Below are positions 16,649 through 25,178 of a DNA stretch of 64,000 nt, in pieces. The first letter of the stretch is position 1. Each line of letters begins with the position of its first letter. Position numbers and translations under genes: made by a program. The notes beneath the pieces were generated by a model. It saw only the letters and a program-made list of their open reading frames with translations, did no database searches and was not told the DNA's origin. The stretch is from Escherichia phage ALITA, in sequence record PP359570, one strand, 5' to 3'.

Positions 16649-16814
16649 CCTATGCCGGACACATAGGCGGCTAATAATAACGCAACTACACACCCCACAT
16701 AATAACCATCAACGATGGTTATTATTTGTGTTTATGTAGCTTGCAACAATTGCAAGCGCAACAATATACATGGTATATTGTATTCCCTTACATTGTTGCG
16801 GTGCGTTATTATTA
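16649..16814. other. nested inverted-repeat structure (outer 12-bp stem enclosing hairpins); candidate structured ncRNA or origin element
   Basis: gcctatg-ccggaca-cataggc; aataaccatc-aac-gatggttatt; gcttgcaa-caa-ttgcaagc; outer gctaataataac ... gttattattagc; approx. Confidence 0.4.
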
Positions 16815-17117
16815 GCTAATGTTTAGAACATTGGCTATAATATAAGCTGCATATAATAAACTATGCAATAATAAACATGGTGAATAATGACACCGATGAT
16901 CATAATGCGCCACCCTCCAGGGGGCGCTATGTAAACACAAAGAAATCTTTCTTGTCAAGAAAATATTGCCACTATTGCGCAAAATTATTTTTATCTGAAT
17001 AGATGATTTTTCATACTATTGCCCCTATAACATACCTCATTTGTTGAGCCTACTTTCTTAAAAGCGCAATAAATCAGAATTATCTTGATTTTTAGGGCGT
17101 TTTATAGTACAGAAAGT

Positions 17118-17142
17118 ATGCAAATGATAATCATTATCAGCT
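17118..17142. promoter_or_regulatory. Fur-box-like motif (closest to consensus)
   Basis: cAAATGATAATCATTATCag: 16 contiguous bases identical to the Fur consensus core; approx. Confidence 0.45.
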
Positions 17143-17299
17143 ATCTTCCACGGGTAGCACTATTTCACGCCAGATCATTTCATTTGGCAAGGTGTATATA
17201 GATGTTTAGACTTGCCAAGCCATTGATTTACTTAGAATTTATCTGTTTTGTTGTGAGTAATACCTTTCTTACTCAGAAAATAATCAAAAGTCTTATAAG

Positions 17300-17341
17300 T
17301 CATTGAATGATAATACAAATGATAATTATTCTCATTGATAT
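17300..17341. promoter_or_regulatory. Fur-box-like motif pair
   Basis: gAATGATAATacAAATGATAATTATTCTCATTgata; approx. Confidence 0.35.
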
Positions 17342-17695
17342 TTGAGGGGGACGGTCGGCAGAAATCGGGGGGCGCTGAAAATCGCGTTAAGCACCTCTCG
17401 CAAGCGAGCAGTATTTTGCGGCAAGTTATTGATATTATTGACTTTACGCTTATGAAAAGGGGGTGTGTCGAAATAAATCGGGTATACCGGAAAATTTTTG
17501 TGGCATAGATATTTATTTGTCTATATTATGTACAAAGGGGTGTATTAAAAATAATAGGTATATATAGAATAATTGATAGGGAAATCCTATACTAATCCCT
17601 CCATTAATGATGTTTCTATGTTGCTGTTATTGTAATAGATGAAAAGACGCTGTATGATGTGTGGCATGAAACGTAAACTTATAAAGGAGTCTGAT

Positions 17696-18065
17696 ATGTG
17701 TGTCCCTCTTAGCAGTCCACTGCTGTTAGAATTTTACAAAGCATGGATGGAAGATCATTCCTCAATGCATCGTGAGAATGTTGGTTTGTGTATTTGCCTT
17801 ATGGATTATCTGGCAACCACTATGTCAAAGAAAAAAAAAACCTACGCAAGAAGATATAGAACATTTCAAGATGGTTCGTAGTAAAACGCTGGAAGAGATG
17901 AAATTGCAATTCACGTGTGCTGGGCTATCCTCCTTCCTGCCCTTTAATGATGACCTTCTGTGTTATGAAGATGAAGGTAAGAAACATTCTTGCCATACTA
18001 ACCCAGAGAGATTGCAGTGGGTGAAAGATCGTATCGAAGATGCAAATAATGTTTGCATTGGATAG
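17696..18065 (+). pseudogene. paralogous-family gene split by a frameshift at an A10 tract (track ORFs 17639..17881 and 17772..18065)
   Basis: N-part LLEFYKAWMEDH...GLCICLMDYL and C-part EEMKLQF...PFN...ERLQWVKDRIED align with intact paralogs at 19847 and 20839; frames differ by one nt across A10 at 17831-17840. Confidence 0.5.
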
Positions 18066-18135
18066 AAATGCCTGTACACTGTGTTCCATAAGATATGCAA
18101 TATCGCGCATAACAAACTACTAATGAGAGGTGTAA

Positions 18136-18453
18136 ATGAGAACTTTATCTTTGTATATTGATCGTAACTCCATTCGAGAAATGCGAGATGTACAACAGGA
18201 TTATGAATTCTACCCGGAAATTTGTGAACGCTATGAAACTATTCTTAATTCTGTAGAAGACCCAGATACCAGTGAAACAGGTGCTTCCCACTTACTGTGG
18301 ATGTTGAATGAAATTCAGGATGGGTGTAATGATATGTCTGAAACCAAACGCCATCGTTGGCTAGGCTATATTCAGGGTGTTATGGTTATGAAAAACCTTA
18401 TTACAGTTGATGATGAACGTAACGCTACACGCCCCATCTTTAATGGAGCATAA
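18136..18453 (+). CDS. hypothetical protein (105 aa)
   Basis: ORF-track ORF; agaggtgtaa SD. Confidence 0.5.
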   Translation: MRTLSLYIDRNSIREMRDVQQDYEFYPEICERYETILNSVEDPDTSETGASHLLWMLNEIQDGCNDMSETKRHRWLGYIQGVMVMKNLITVDDERNATRPIFNGA

Positions 18454-18454
18454 C

Positions 18455-18670
18455 ATGAAAAGCATTCAGGTGTGTATTGAAAATAATTGTGGTTATCTGG
18501 GGTTGACACATGTTGCTTTCCCTCTTATGTTAGATGCCGATATCGCTTACAGCGGAGTTGCTTATGTGTCATTCAAGACAATGAGCCAAGTACCTGGCTG
18601 GAAGTGGGAAGTAGTTGATGTTGTTGAAGGAGAAGATTATGTTTTCCTTCCACACGAATATATTGTTTAA
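18455..18670 (+). CDS. hypothetical protein (71 aa)
   Basis: Track ORF 18407..18670 trimmed to ATG after ggagca SD (MKSIQVCIENNCGY...). Confidence 0.45.
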   Translation: MKSIQVCIENNCGYLGLTHVAFPLMLDADIAYSGVAYVSFKTMSQVPGWKWEVVDVVEGEDYVFLPHEYIV

Positions 18671-18684
18671 AAGAGGAAAAGAAG

Positions 18685-18861
18685 ATGGATAAAGAGACTA
18701 CTGTGTACTTAGTAACAAAGAATACCCCAGGCTGGAGCCAATGCAGCACTGTACCTTACAAAATCTGTGCAACATTAGAACTAGCACAACGTGCAGAAGC
18801 AGAAGTGAATGCCATGCAATACAGCTATGGTGAAATCATTCCTTTTACTCTTGAACAATAA
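18685..18861 (+). CDS. hypothetical small protein (58 aa)
   Basis: Below track cutoff; aagaggaaaagaag-ATG; codon-counted. Confidence 0.4.
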   Translation: MDKETTVYLVTKNTPGWSQCSTVPYKICATLELAQRAEAEVNAMQYSYGEIIPFTLEQ

Positions 18862-18872
18862 GGAGTTGTGTA

Positions 18873-19325
18873 ATGTTTGAAATTGGTAAAGTGTATCGTT
18901 TTAAAAACCCATCTTATATCCGTAAGTTTGCTAACGTGTCTGAGTGCAATAGCAGGATTGCTTCTTTTTTAGGTGATTCCTATTTTCGTGTATTAGATGT
19001 GGATGATTGGTATGGTGTCACTGCTTTGCAATCCTTAGCAGGAGAACAAGAAATTATCGCTCAAAATGAAGGAGACTTTCTTCAGTGTTACACGTTGCTT
19101 GCAAAAAGTGAGTTTGAATATTTTGTAGAAGTCTTAGAGGAAGCACCAAAAAGTAAACACGAAGAGAAATACCTGCTTGTAGTGGATGGAGTTCCGATCA
19201 TGGAAACCATCTCCCGTGAGGAAGTTGAAAAAGAGGCGAAACGTTACAAGCTGGATCGTACACAGAGTGTAGTTGAAATCTATTCTCTTGTTGGTGTTGC
19301 AGATATTAGTGTGAACATCGTATAA
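18873..19325 (+). CDS. hypothetical protein (150 aa)
   Basis: ORF-track ORF; aaggag SD. Confidence 0.55.
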   Translation: MFEIGKVYRFKNPSYIRKFANVSECNSRIASFLGDSYFRVLDVDDWYGVTALQSLAGEQEIIAQNEGDFLQCYTLLAKSEFEYFVEVLEEAPKSKHEEKYLLVVDGVPIMETISREEVEKEAKRYKLDRTQSVVEIYSLVGVADISVNIV

Positions 19326-19328
19326 TAT

Positions 19329-19541
19329 ATGTGTAATGGCAGATACATTCTTCGTGTATCTGATAAGTCTCCTATGTTTGACTGGCGGGGCTGGTGGCTA
19401 CTAGCTCCGATGCAAGGTCTGACAGACGTGGAAAAGGAGGCTTATGTGTATACAAAAGAAGAGATAGAAGATAGTCTTTATTTGACAGATAACATTAAGA
19501 ATGGTATCTTTGAGTGTAAATTGAAAGGAGAGGAAGAATGA
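19329..19541 (+). CDS. hypothetical protein (70 aa)
   Basis: ORF-track ORF. Confidence 0.4.
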   Translation: MCNGRYILRVSDKSPMFDWRGWWLLAPMQGLTDVEKEAYVYTKEEIEDSLYLTDNIKNGIFECKLKGEEE

Positions 19542-19837
19542 CTATTACAGAAAAACTGCGCTGTATTGCGAAGCAAAGTGGAGAAGGTTTATGGTTTCCT
19601 ATTGAGGAAATTATTCAGGACTGTTATGATCAGGCTAAGACTGGCAAATACTCCAAAGCATTTAAACCATCTGTTTTCGGTTTGGATGACTATCCAAAAA
19701 ATGAGCAAGCAAAGAAACGACAAGTTGATTTGATTGATCTTGCTATGGAAGCACTACGAGAGCATGGGCTTAGTAAGGTGTATGCTTTAAACACCAAAGA
19801 GGGTTTTGTAGATTCAGTGATCGTAGACTGGTATTAA
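19538..19837 (+). CDS. hypothetical protein (99 aa)
   Basis: ORF-track ORF; start overlaps previous stop; ggagaggaag SD. Confidence 0.5.
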   Translation: MTITEKLRCIAKQSGEGLWFPIEEIIQDCYDQAKTGKYSKAFKPSVFGLDDYPKNEQAKKRQVDLIDLAMEALREHGLSKVYALNTKEGFVDSVIVDWY

Positions 19838-19846
19838 GGAGAAGCC

Positions 19847-20215
19847 ATGCAAGAGAATAGTAAAGTGTGTAACATGAAAAGCAGCCCCTATTTGCTACAA
19901 TTTTATGAGTGGTGGTTAGAACAAGAAGATACAAACTTTAGCAAAAAGCATTATGGTCTTTGCACGTGTCTTGTAGACTTCTTATACAATATTGCTTTGA
20001 TAAAAGATGTTGAGAATGTAGCAAAGCTCCAATCCTCTGTACGAGAGGAAATGAAGGAACAATTTAAGAAAGCGGGTTTGAACCATTTACATCCGTTTAA
20101 TACGGATTTCTCGCACTACTTTACGGAAACAGAACTAGGCATTGCACACCTTAATAAAGAACGTGTACAATGGGTGATTGATCGTATTCGTGATATGGAG
20201 GAATACAATGGTTAA
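19847..20215 (+). CDS. paralogous-family protein, intact copy (122 aa)
   Basis: LLQFYEWW...GLCTCLVDFL...PFN...ERVQWVIDRIRD; aggagaag SD. Confidence 0.55.
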   Translation: MQENSKVCNMKSSPYLLQFYEWWLEQEDTNFSKKHYGLCTCLVDFLYNIALIKDVENVAKLQSSVREEMKEQFKKAGLNHLHPFNTDFSHYFTETELGIAHLNKERVQWVIDRIRDMEEYNG

Positions 20216-20426
20216 GTTTAAAACTTTCTGTGCAATCACTGTTTGTCTTATTCTTGCATACGTGTTATTCTCTAGTATCATTCGTTTAGGTGAGTATATG
20301 GCAAGAGAAGCTCGTGAAAGTGAAGCTAAAAAAGAACAGTGCATCGTGTTAAAGCACCAAAGGGATGCTGAAAAGTTTCTCGCACTTGATTGCAATCGTT
20401 ATGTATCTTATCAAATGTATGAGTAA
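20208..20426 (+). CDS. small single-TM protein, paralog of 23680..23904 (72 aa)
   Basis: Track ORF trimmed to ATG after ggagga; hydrophobic N-term then KEQCIVLKHQRDAEKFL. Confidence 0.5.
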   Translation: MVKFKTFCAITVCLILAYVLFSSIIRLGEYMAREARESEAKKEQCIVLKHQRDAEKFLALDCNRYVSYQMYE

Positions 20427-20435
20427 GGAGGGTTT

Positions 20436-20660
20436 ATGGTAAAACGTCTGGAATGGGATGCGTGTACTGCTCACGCTTGTCACTGTGATATTGTTGAAGA
20501 TCCTAATGGAGAGATGGTGTATTATGAGGATTACGAAGCATTGCACAATGCTGTGATTGCTTTACTGGATGATATTGGCTCACGCTATCCAGGACAACAA
20601 TTCACGTGTCCACATATCCAACTATTAGCCGAACTTACGGAGTATCCAAGTGTTCCATAA
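20436..20660 (+). CDS. hypothetical protein, paralog of 24565..24828 (74 aa)
   Basis: Shared CDIVEDPNGEMVYYEDYEAL / CDIVPDPEGDYVLLADYNKL block. Confidence 0.5.
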   Translation: MVKRLEWDACTAHACHCDIVEDPNGEMVYYEDYEALHNAVIALLDDIGSRYPGQQFTCPHIQLLAELTEYPSVP

Positions 20661-20661
20661 T

Positions 20662-20829
20662 ATGGGTGTCCCTGAACAACTGCTCTTTATTGTAGGATTA
20701 GTAGGCTTATTGGCGGCTGGCGCTAAAGCCGCTTCTCACACGCATCACATAATGTTAAGATTTCTATTCCTGCTCCCTTCTATCCTCGTACTACTAGTCA
20801 TACTGATCGATAACATTTTTCACAATTAA
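20662..20829 (+). CDS. small hydrophobic membrane protein (55 aa)
   Basis: Below track cutoff; MGVPEQLLFIVGLVGLLAAGAKAA...; codon-counted. Confidence 0.35.
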   Translation: MGVPEQLLFIVGLVGLLAAGAKAASHTHHIMLRFLFLLPSILVLLVILIDNIFHN

Positions 20830-20838
20830 GGAGAGGTC

Positions 20839-21423
20839 ATGAGTAAAATTATACCAAGCAGTTATGAATTATTGCAGTTTTATGTATATTATATAGACTG
20901 GGTTAATAGATCGAATGTTAAAGACAATGCGATGTTTAGTAAAAACATCTGTTTAACAGAAAGTATCTTCCGTTACTGGCACACAGGTAGAAAGTGTACA
21001 CACAGTGAAGCTATGCGCATTGTAGGTGAATACCTGGAGCAATTGCAAAAAGCAGAGCTACCTGTCCTTCACCCATTCAATGAATCTAAAGAAGAATTAG
21101 AACAAGAGTGTAGAGAAGGTAAGTGCCATTTGAATGAAAAACGTATCGAATGGGTGAGGCAACGTTTAGCCGATGCAGGAAAGACTCCTAGTGACTCTGA
21201 CTATACGTGGTATGATGTAGAGGGTTTAGTTCAAGGTTTTGAGGCTTGTGCTATAGATAATACAAACTTTGCCAAAGTTTTATGCGAGGCTTATGACCTG
21301 GCAGATAAAATCCGAAATCACGGATGGAAACAAGAGCATAAAGAATCATATGAACGCCTTGACAAGATTTTCAAACAGATCTATTCTAACCACAAGAAGA
21401 TGTTCCAAATGGAGGATGTGTAA
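20839..21423 (+). CDS. paralogous-family protein with C-terminal extension (194 aa)
   Basis: ELLQFYVYY...PFN...EKRIEWVRQRLAD; ggagaggtc SD. Confidence 0.55.
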   Translation: MSKIIPSSYELLQFYVYYIDWVNRSNVKDNAMFSKNICLTESIFRYWHTGRKCTHSEAMRIVGEYLEQLQKAELPVLHPFNESKEELEQECREGKCHLNEKRIEWVRQRLADAGKTPSDSDYTWYDVEGLVQGFEACAIDNTNFAKVLCEAYDLADKIRNHGWKQEHKESYERLDKIFKQIYSNHKKMFQMEDV

Positions 21424-21495
21424 TGAAAGAGATTATTTTGAAGGGCATCGTTACGAAGTTCCAGAATACTGTCTTTGGATAAAACGGGAGGAATA

Positions 21496-21663
21496 ATGCA
21501 AACATTTTTTATCGACAAGTTCAATAAAAGTATGAACACGTGGATGGCAACATTCACTATGCAATTTGCGTCATTTAAAGAAGCTCAAGAATGGTGCGAT
21601 CAACACAAGGATTTTGATTTTTACTATCAAGTTAATGCAAACCTTTCTCCAGAGGAGAAATAA
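21496..21663 (+). CDS. hypothetical small protein (55 aa)
   Basis: Track ORF 21475..21663 trimmed to ATG after gggaggaataa. Confidence 0.4.
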   Translation: MQTFFIDKFNKSMNTWMATFTMQFASFKEAQEWCDQHKDFDFYYQVNANLSPEEK

Positions 21664-21664
21664 T

Positions 21665-22009
21665 ATGTTGGCTGATATTGAAATCCTTATGTACCGACAA
21701 GGTATGATCAAAATGTGGCTAGATTCTTTTAGCAACATATACTGTACAGTACGATCAGCAGACGAGCGTAAAACGCTTATTTTATCTGCTATTGTTGATA
21801 AACAACGTTTCTTCAAAGAAATTTTGCAAACAGGCTTCTCCGATGCAGGAGTAGAGATTGCAACGCTTAGTCTTGGAGTGCTGTCTTACTTGGAATCCGT
21901 TGTTTTATATGTCTTCTCTTTAGAGGAAGACTTGCAATTTGAAGCATTAAAACTTATCCTAGATGCTGCAATTGACATAGAACAAAATCGAATTGATTCT
22001 TTTGAATAA
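21665..22009 (+). CDS. hypothetical protein (114 aa)
   Basis: Track ORF 21566..22009 trimmed to ATG after ggagaaataat (MLADIEIL...). Confidence 0.45.
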   Translation: MLADIEILMYRQGMIKMWLDSFSNIYCTVRSADERKTLILSAIVDKQRFFKEILQTGFSDAGVEIATLSLGVLSYLESVVLYVFSLEEDLQFEALKLILDAAIDIEQNRIDSFE

Positions 22010-22024
22010 AATAAGGAGAAAACT

Positions 22025-22483
22025 ATGAAAGAGGTTAAACATTATCCACATGGTCGTAGTTTTGTAGCTGTATGGCATGTTCCTGCTCGTAATGAACTAT
22101 TTTGTGCATCTTTTCATTACAAAGATGGACAATATTTCACCTATGACGAAACGATGGATGATTTTATCCCAGAGTGCGATCATGGGTATACACCAATGTT
22201 CTTTAAACGTATGAAAGCTCGTTTCTTCGTTACAGATGTTGATGGTGAACCTACTTGGCACATCGAAGAAGATTGGCAAGATTCTGTGGATATTAAAGAA
22301 GCCCCAGAATGGGCTACACTACTGGTACACGTCAAAACCCCTACTCTTGACGTTATGGCGTGGGTTAATCATGATGATACCCATTACCAATACATAAATG
22401 GTAGCACAGAGATTTCTGGTGAGATTATTGGTCGTTGGAAGCCTACGAATCAGGTTGCTATTGTCGGGTATAAGACAGTATAA
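22025..22483 (+). CDS. hypothetical protein (152 aa)
   Basis: ORF-track ORF; aaggagaaaact SD. Confidence 0.55.
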   Translation: MKEVKHYPHGRSFVAVWHVPARNELFCASFHYKDGQYFTYDETMDDFIPECDHGYTPMFFKRMKARFFVTDVDGEPTWHIEEDWQDSVDIKEAPEWATLLVHVKTPTLDVMAWVNHDDTHYQYINGSTEISGEIIGRWKPTNQVAIVGYKTV

Positions 22484-22484
22484 T

Positions 22485-22679
22485 ATGAAAAATAATGTAG
22501 ATTGGGATGATTTATCCGATTTTGAAAAATGGTTCTTAGGTAGTGGTTGTTATGCAGATGGGGATCTCGAAAGAGATCCTTCTGGAAACTACACTATGCC
22601 ATTAACCCAAGGTTTTTATGAGTGCTGGTGCGCAGCACAAAACAACGTACTGATTAAGGAGACAACACAATGCAATTAA
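22485..22679 (+). CDS. hypothetical protein (64 aa)
   Basis: Track ORF 22398..22679 trimmed to ATG overlapping previous stop. Confidence 0.4.
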   Translation: MKNNVDWDDLSDFEKWFLGSGCYADGDLERDPSGNYTMPLTQGFYECWCAAQNNVLIKETTQCN

Positions 22680-22909
22680 ACATCGGACAACCAATTTTTG
22701 ATGCAGATACTGGTCAATATGCAGTGATTGTTGCTCGTATGAGCGGTGATGACCTTATTGTTTCAGAACTACTCGGATCAGATCCGCAACTGCGCGTAGT
22801 ATGTGACCTATATCTTCGAGACGAAAGTGATCGCATTGCACTGAAAGAAGATGGTATGCTCTACTATACCTGGACTAGAGATCCTGGGGTAACGGAGGTA
22901 GAGGTATAA
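22670..22909 (+). CDS. hypothetical protein (79 aa)
   Basis: ORF-track ORF; aaggagacaaca SD. Confidence 0.45.
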   Translation: MQLNIGQPIFDADTGQYAVIVARMSGDDLIVSELLGSDPQLRVVCDLYLRDESDRIALKEDGMLYYTWTRDPGVTEVEV

Positions 22910-23208
22910 TGGTAAGGAATAGGGGTTTACATAAAAGAAGACACCTTACTTACTGGCATCGTAAAGTACATGAACCTGTATCAAAGAAAGAATGGCAATA
23001 TCTGCCTTATGGGAAGGAGCGAAGAAAGTATCTGTTAGCTCACTTAAGGGTACATGGTTCTCTTCCTGTTAACAGTAAGTGGCAATTGCAAACAGCTTAT
23101 GACGAAGATATGAAATATCTGTTAAAGAGAGGCATTATTTGCCTTGTTAAGATAGGACGATGGAAATCTCGTCAATCTTATATCGTACTTAAACAGGAGA
23201 AACGATGA
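22909..23208 (+). CDS. hypothetical basic protein (99 aa)
   Basis: ORF-track ORF; K/R-rich, possible nucleic-acid binding (inference). Confidence 0.45.
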   Translation: MVRNRGLHKRRHLTYWHRKVHEPVSKKEWQYLPYGKERRKYLLAHLRVHGSLPVNSKWQLQTAYDEDMKYLLKRGIICLVKIGRWKSRQSYIVLKQEKR

Positions 23209-23456
23209 ATATCAAAGATGTTGTAGCATACGTAGAAGATGAAGTTAAAAACCATACAAGTTTACTGAAAGTAATGGTTGTGGTTAAAGATGGTATTGGA
23301 CAAGTAAACGTACAACATGTCTTATCTGACACTGTATATAATGTGTTTGAATGTAAAGAAACACCTCATGGAGTACGTGTGGTTTATATTGATAACAATT
23401 TCAAAGAATGTGTGAGACATACCTTAGAAAATGAACTAAGGATCACAATCTTATGA
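23205..23456 (+). CDS. hypothetical protein (83 aa)
   Basis: ORF-track ORF; acaggagaaacg SD. Confidence 0.5.
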   Translation: MNIKDVVAYVEDEVKNHTSLLKVMVVVKDGIGQVNVQHVLSDTVYNVFECKETPHGVRVVYIDNNFKECVRHTLENELRITIL

Positions 23457-23626
23457 GTTATTATGTTGTACCTTATGCCAATAAGTGGAGAGTAAGAGAA
23501 ACTTGTTTTCTATTCTCCTGGTGGGCTACGTTCGGAGATGGTTGTGGAAATGATACAGGAAAGCCTGTAGAGTACGACACAAAAGAAGAATGTGAACAGT
23601 GGATAAAATTAACACAAAGATGTTGA
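23453..23626 (+). CDS. small Cys-containing protein (57 aa)
   Basis: Below track cutoff; ATGA overlap with previous stop; codon-counted. Confidence 0.35.
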   Translation: MSYYVVPYANKWRVRETCFLFSWWATFGDGCGNDTGKPVEYDTKEECEQWIKLTQRC

Positions 23627-23679
23627 CACGATCTTAACTTCTTGTTAGTATCAATGTGTACTAACGATAAGGAGGGTTT

Positions 23680-23904
23680 ATGAAGTCTGTAAACAAGTTG
23701 CAACAATTTTTGTTATCAACAGCAATCTTTTTGCTTTTGTTAATTGGTATTCTGTATGGTGCATCTAACTTATACAATCTACATAATGATGTAGAACAGA
23801 ATAAAGAGAAGTGCATCATTCTAAAACACAAGAAACAAGCAGAAGATTTCTTAAAGAATAAGTGTTACAACTACATTGATTATGAGGAGACAAACAATGA
23901 TTAA
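23680..23904 (+). CDS. small single-TM protein, paralog of 20208..20426 (74 aa)
   Basis: Hydrophobic N-term then KEKCIILKHKKQAEDFL; aaggaggg SD. Confidence 0.5.
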   Translation: MKSVNKLQQFLLSTAIFLLLLIGILYGASNLYNLHNDVEQNKEKCIILKHKKQAEDFLKNKCYNYIDYEETNND

Positions 23905-24139
23905 AGAATTAGGTATGCGAGTATACAGTGAGTGGACTCCAAGCAATGGCCCAGGAGTTGTTGCAGCTAAATGTATCAATGGTCGTATTGAGTACCTGGA
24001 AGGGTATGAAGATAATGAAGAGTTAGTAGATTATGCTAAATCTTTTATTGAAGATGATACAGACTTTATTGTATTATATGATACAGGAGAGTTAGAGTAT
24101 GGATATGATGGAGATGGGGATATCTTTGAACTTCAATAA
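23897..24139 (+). CDS. hypothetical acidic protein (80 aa)
   Basis: Track ORF 23876..24139 trimmed to ATG after gaggag. Confidence 0.45.
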   Translation: MIKELGMRVYSEWTPSNGPGVVAAKCINGRIEYLEGYEDNEELVDYAKSFIEDDTDFIVLYDTGELEYGYDGDGDIFELQ

Positions 24140-24159
24140 GAGTAGTAAGTAAGGTATAA

Positions 24160-24240
24160 AGAGTATATAGTTAGTTATAGAGTTAGTAACATTACATATA
24201 CTCTTTCCATGTATAACATGGAATATTCTCTACCTCGCTA
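24160..24240. promoter_or_regulatory. intergenic inverted repeats (candidate operator/promoter region)
   Basis: aaagagtatat ... atatactcttt 11-bp inverted repeat and TCCATGT-ata-ACATGGA palindrome; approx. Confidence 0.3.
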
Positions 24241-24346
24241 TCGCTCGGTATATAAGATTAGGGTAGCATGTTTTTTACGAAAAGTAAAACTGTTTATACC
24301 GATTGATAGCAGGTTTTTAATAGATTCTATCTATGAGGAGTAAAAA

Positions 24347-24565
24347 GTGTACAAATTATATAAAGGAAAAGATAAGTTTACGGGTAATACATCTGGTTTC
24401 TATGTAACACCACGTGGCGTTGCCGTATTTGATTGGATTCCTGGTACTCCAGATCGTGAAATGATCTCTCTTGTAAAACTGTCGGAACAAGAGTACACTT
24501 ACGGTGACATTACAACATTCTATTCTCGTGCAGAAAATCCAAAACTGATCGCGGAGTGGGAATAA
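24347..24565 (+). CDS. hypothetical protein (72 aa), GTG start
   Basis: ORF-track ORF; gaggag SD then GTG. Confidence 0.4.
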   Translation: MYKLYKGKDKFTGNTSGFYVTPRGVAVFDWIPGTPDREMISLVKLSEQEYTYGDITTFYSRAENPKLIAEWE

Positions 24566-24828
24566 TGGTTACACGATATGGCTTAGAGGTGTACAGCCAA
24601 GGTGCTGCTGGTCAATGTGATATTGTACCAGATCCAGAAGGAGACTATGTTCTTCTTGCTGATTACAACAAGCTAGAAGAAAGACTTCTGGCTGTGTATG
24701 CTAAAGAGAACAAAACAATCTGTCCTTATTGCAATGGAATGGGTTGGGTGGTTGCAGATGTTGGACAAATGTATGAATGTGTACCTTGTAAAACCACAGG
24801 CTTTATTGAAAAGGATACTGACAAATGA
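24565..24828 (+). CDS. hypothetical protein, paralog of 20436..20660 (87 aa)
   Basis: Track ORF trimmed to ATG; shared CDIV.DP.G block plus CPYCNG...CVPC Cys pairs. Confidence 0.45.
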   Translation: MVTRYGLEVYSQGAAGQCDIVPDPEGDYVLLADYNKLEERLLAVYAKENKTICPYCNGMGWVVADVGQMYECVPCKTTGFIEKDTDK

Positions 24829-25073
24829 CTGTAGCAGATAAAATGAGAGAACTGGCAGAAAACGCAGAACTTAACAAAGCAAAAGAGAGTTTACAAAACG
24901 TCTACGCGTATATTGAAAGAGCAGCTAAAGATGGAGACAGAGAAGCTGCTATATATACGCTTTATCCAACTTTCGTAAAAGTTAGTTTGGATGCTGAAGG
25001 TTTTTCAACTTTTATTGATACAGAAACATCTCATTACGATGAAAACTTTACTCGAATAGTTATTCGATGGTAA
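24825..25073 (+). CDS. hypothetical protein (82 aa)
   Basis: ORF-track ORF; overlapping start. Confidence 0.45.
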   Translation: MTVADKMRELAENAELNKAKESLQNVYAYIERAAKDGDREAAIYTLYPTFVKVSLDAEGFSTFIDTETSHYDENFTRIVIRW

Positions 25074-25088
25074 ATTTCTGATATTTAT

Positions 25089-25148
25089 GCGCCCTGGCTA
25101 CCTGGGCGTAATAAATTCAGCTTATATTTGATCCGCGCCTTCGGCGCT
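25089..25148 (+). terminator. pair of GC hairpins incl. UUCG tetraloop (terminator/processing element)
   Basis: cgccc-tggctacc-tgggcg and gcgccTTCGgcgc; no strong T-run; approx. Confidence 0.3.
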
Positions 25149-25178
25149 TAGGCAAAGCCACGCCACACAGGAGAGTTT

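Noticed and set aside
16649-16814. tRNA or tmRNA gene
   Set aside because: The nested hairpins are too large and lack the T-loop GTTC(R)A and acceptor/anticodon geometry; no GGTTCGAATCC-like box seen anywhere in the window, though only a formal tRNAscan run would be decisive.
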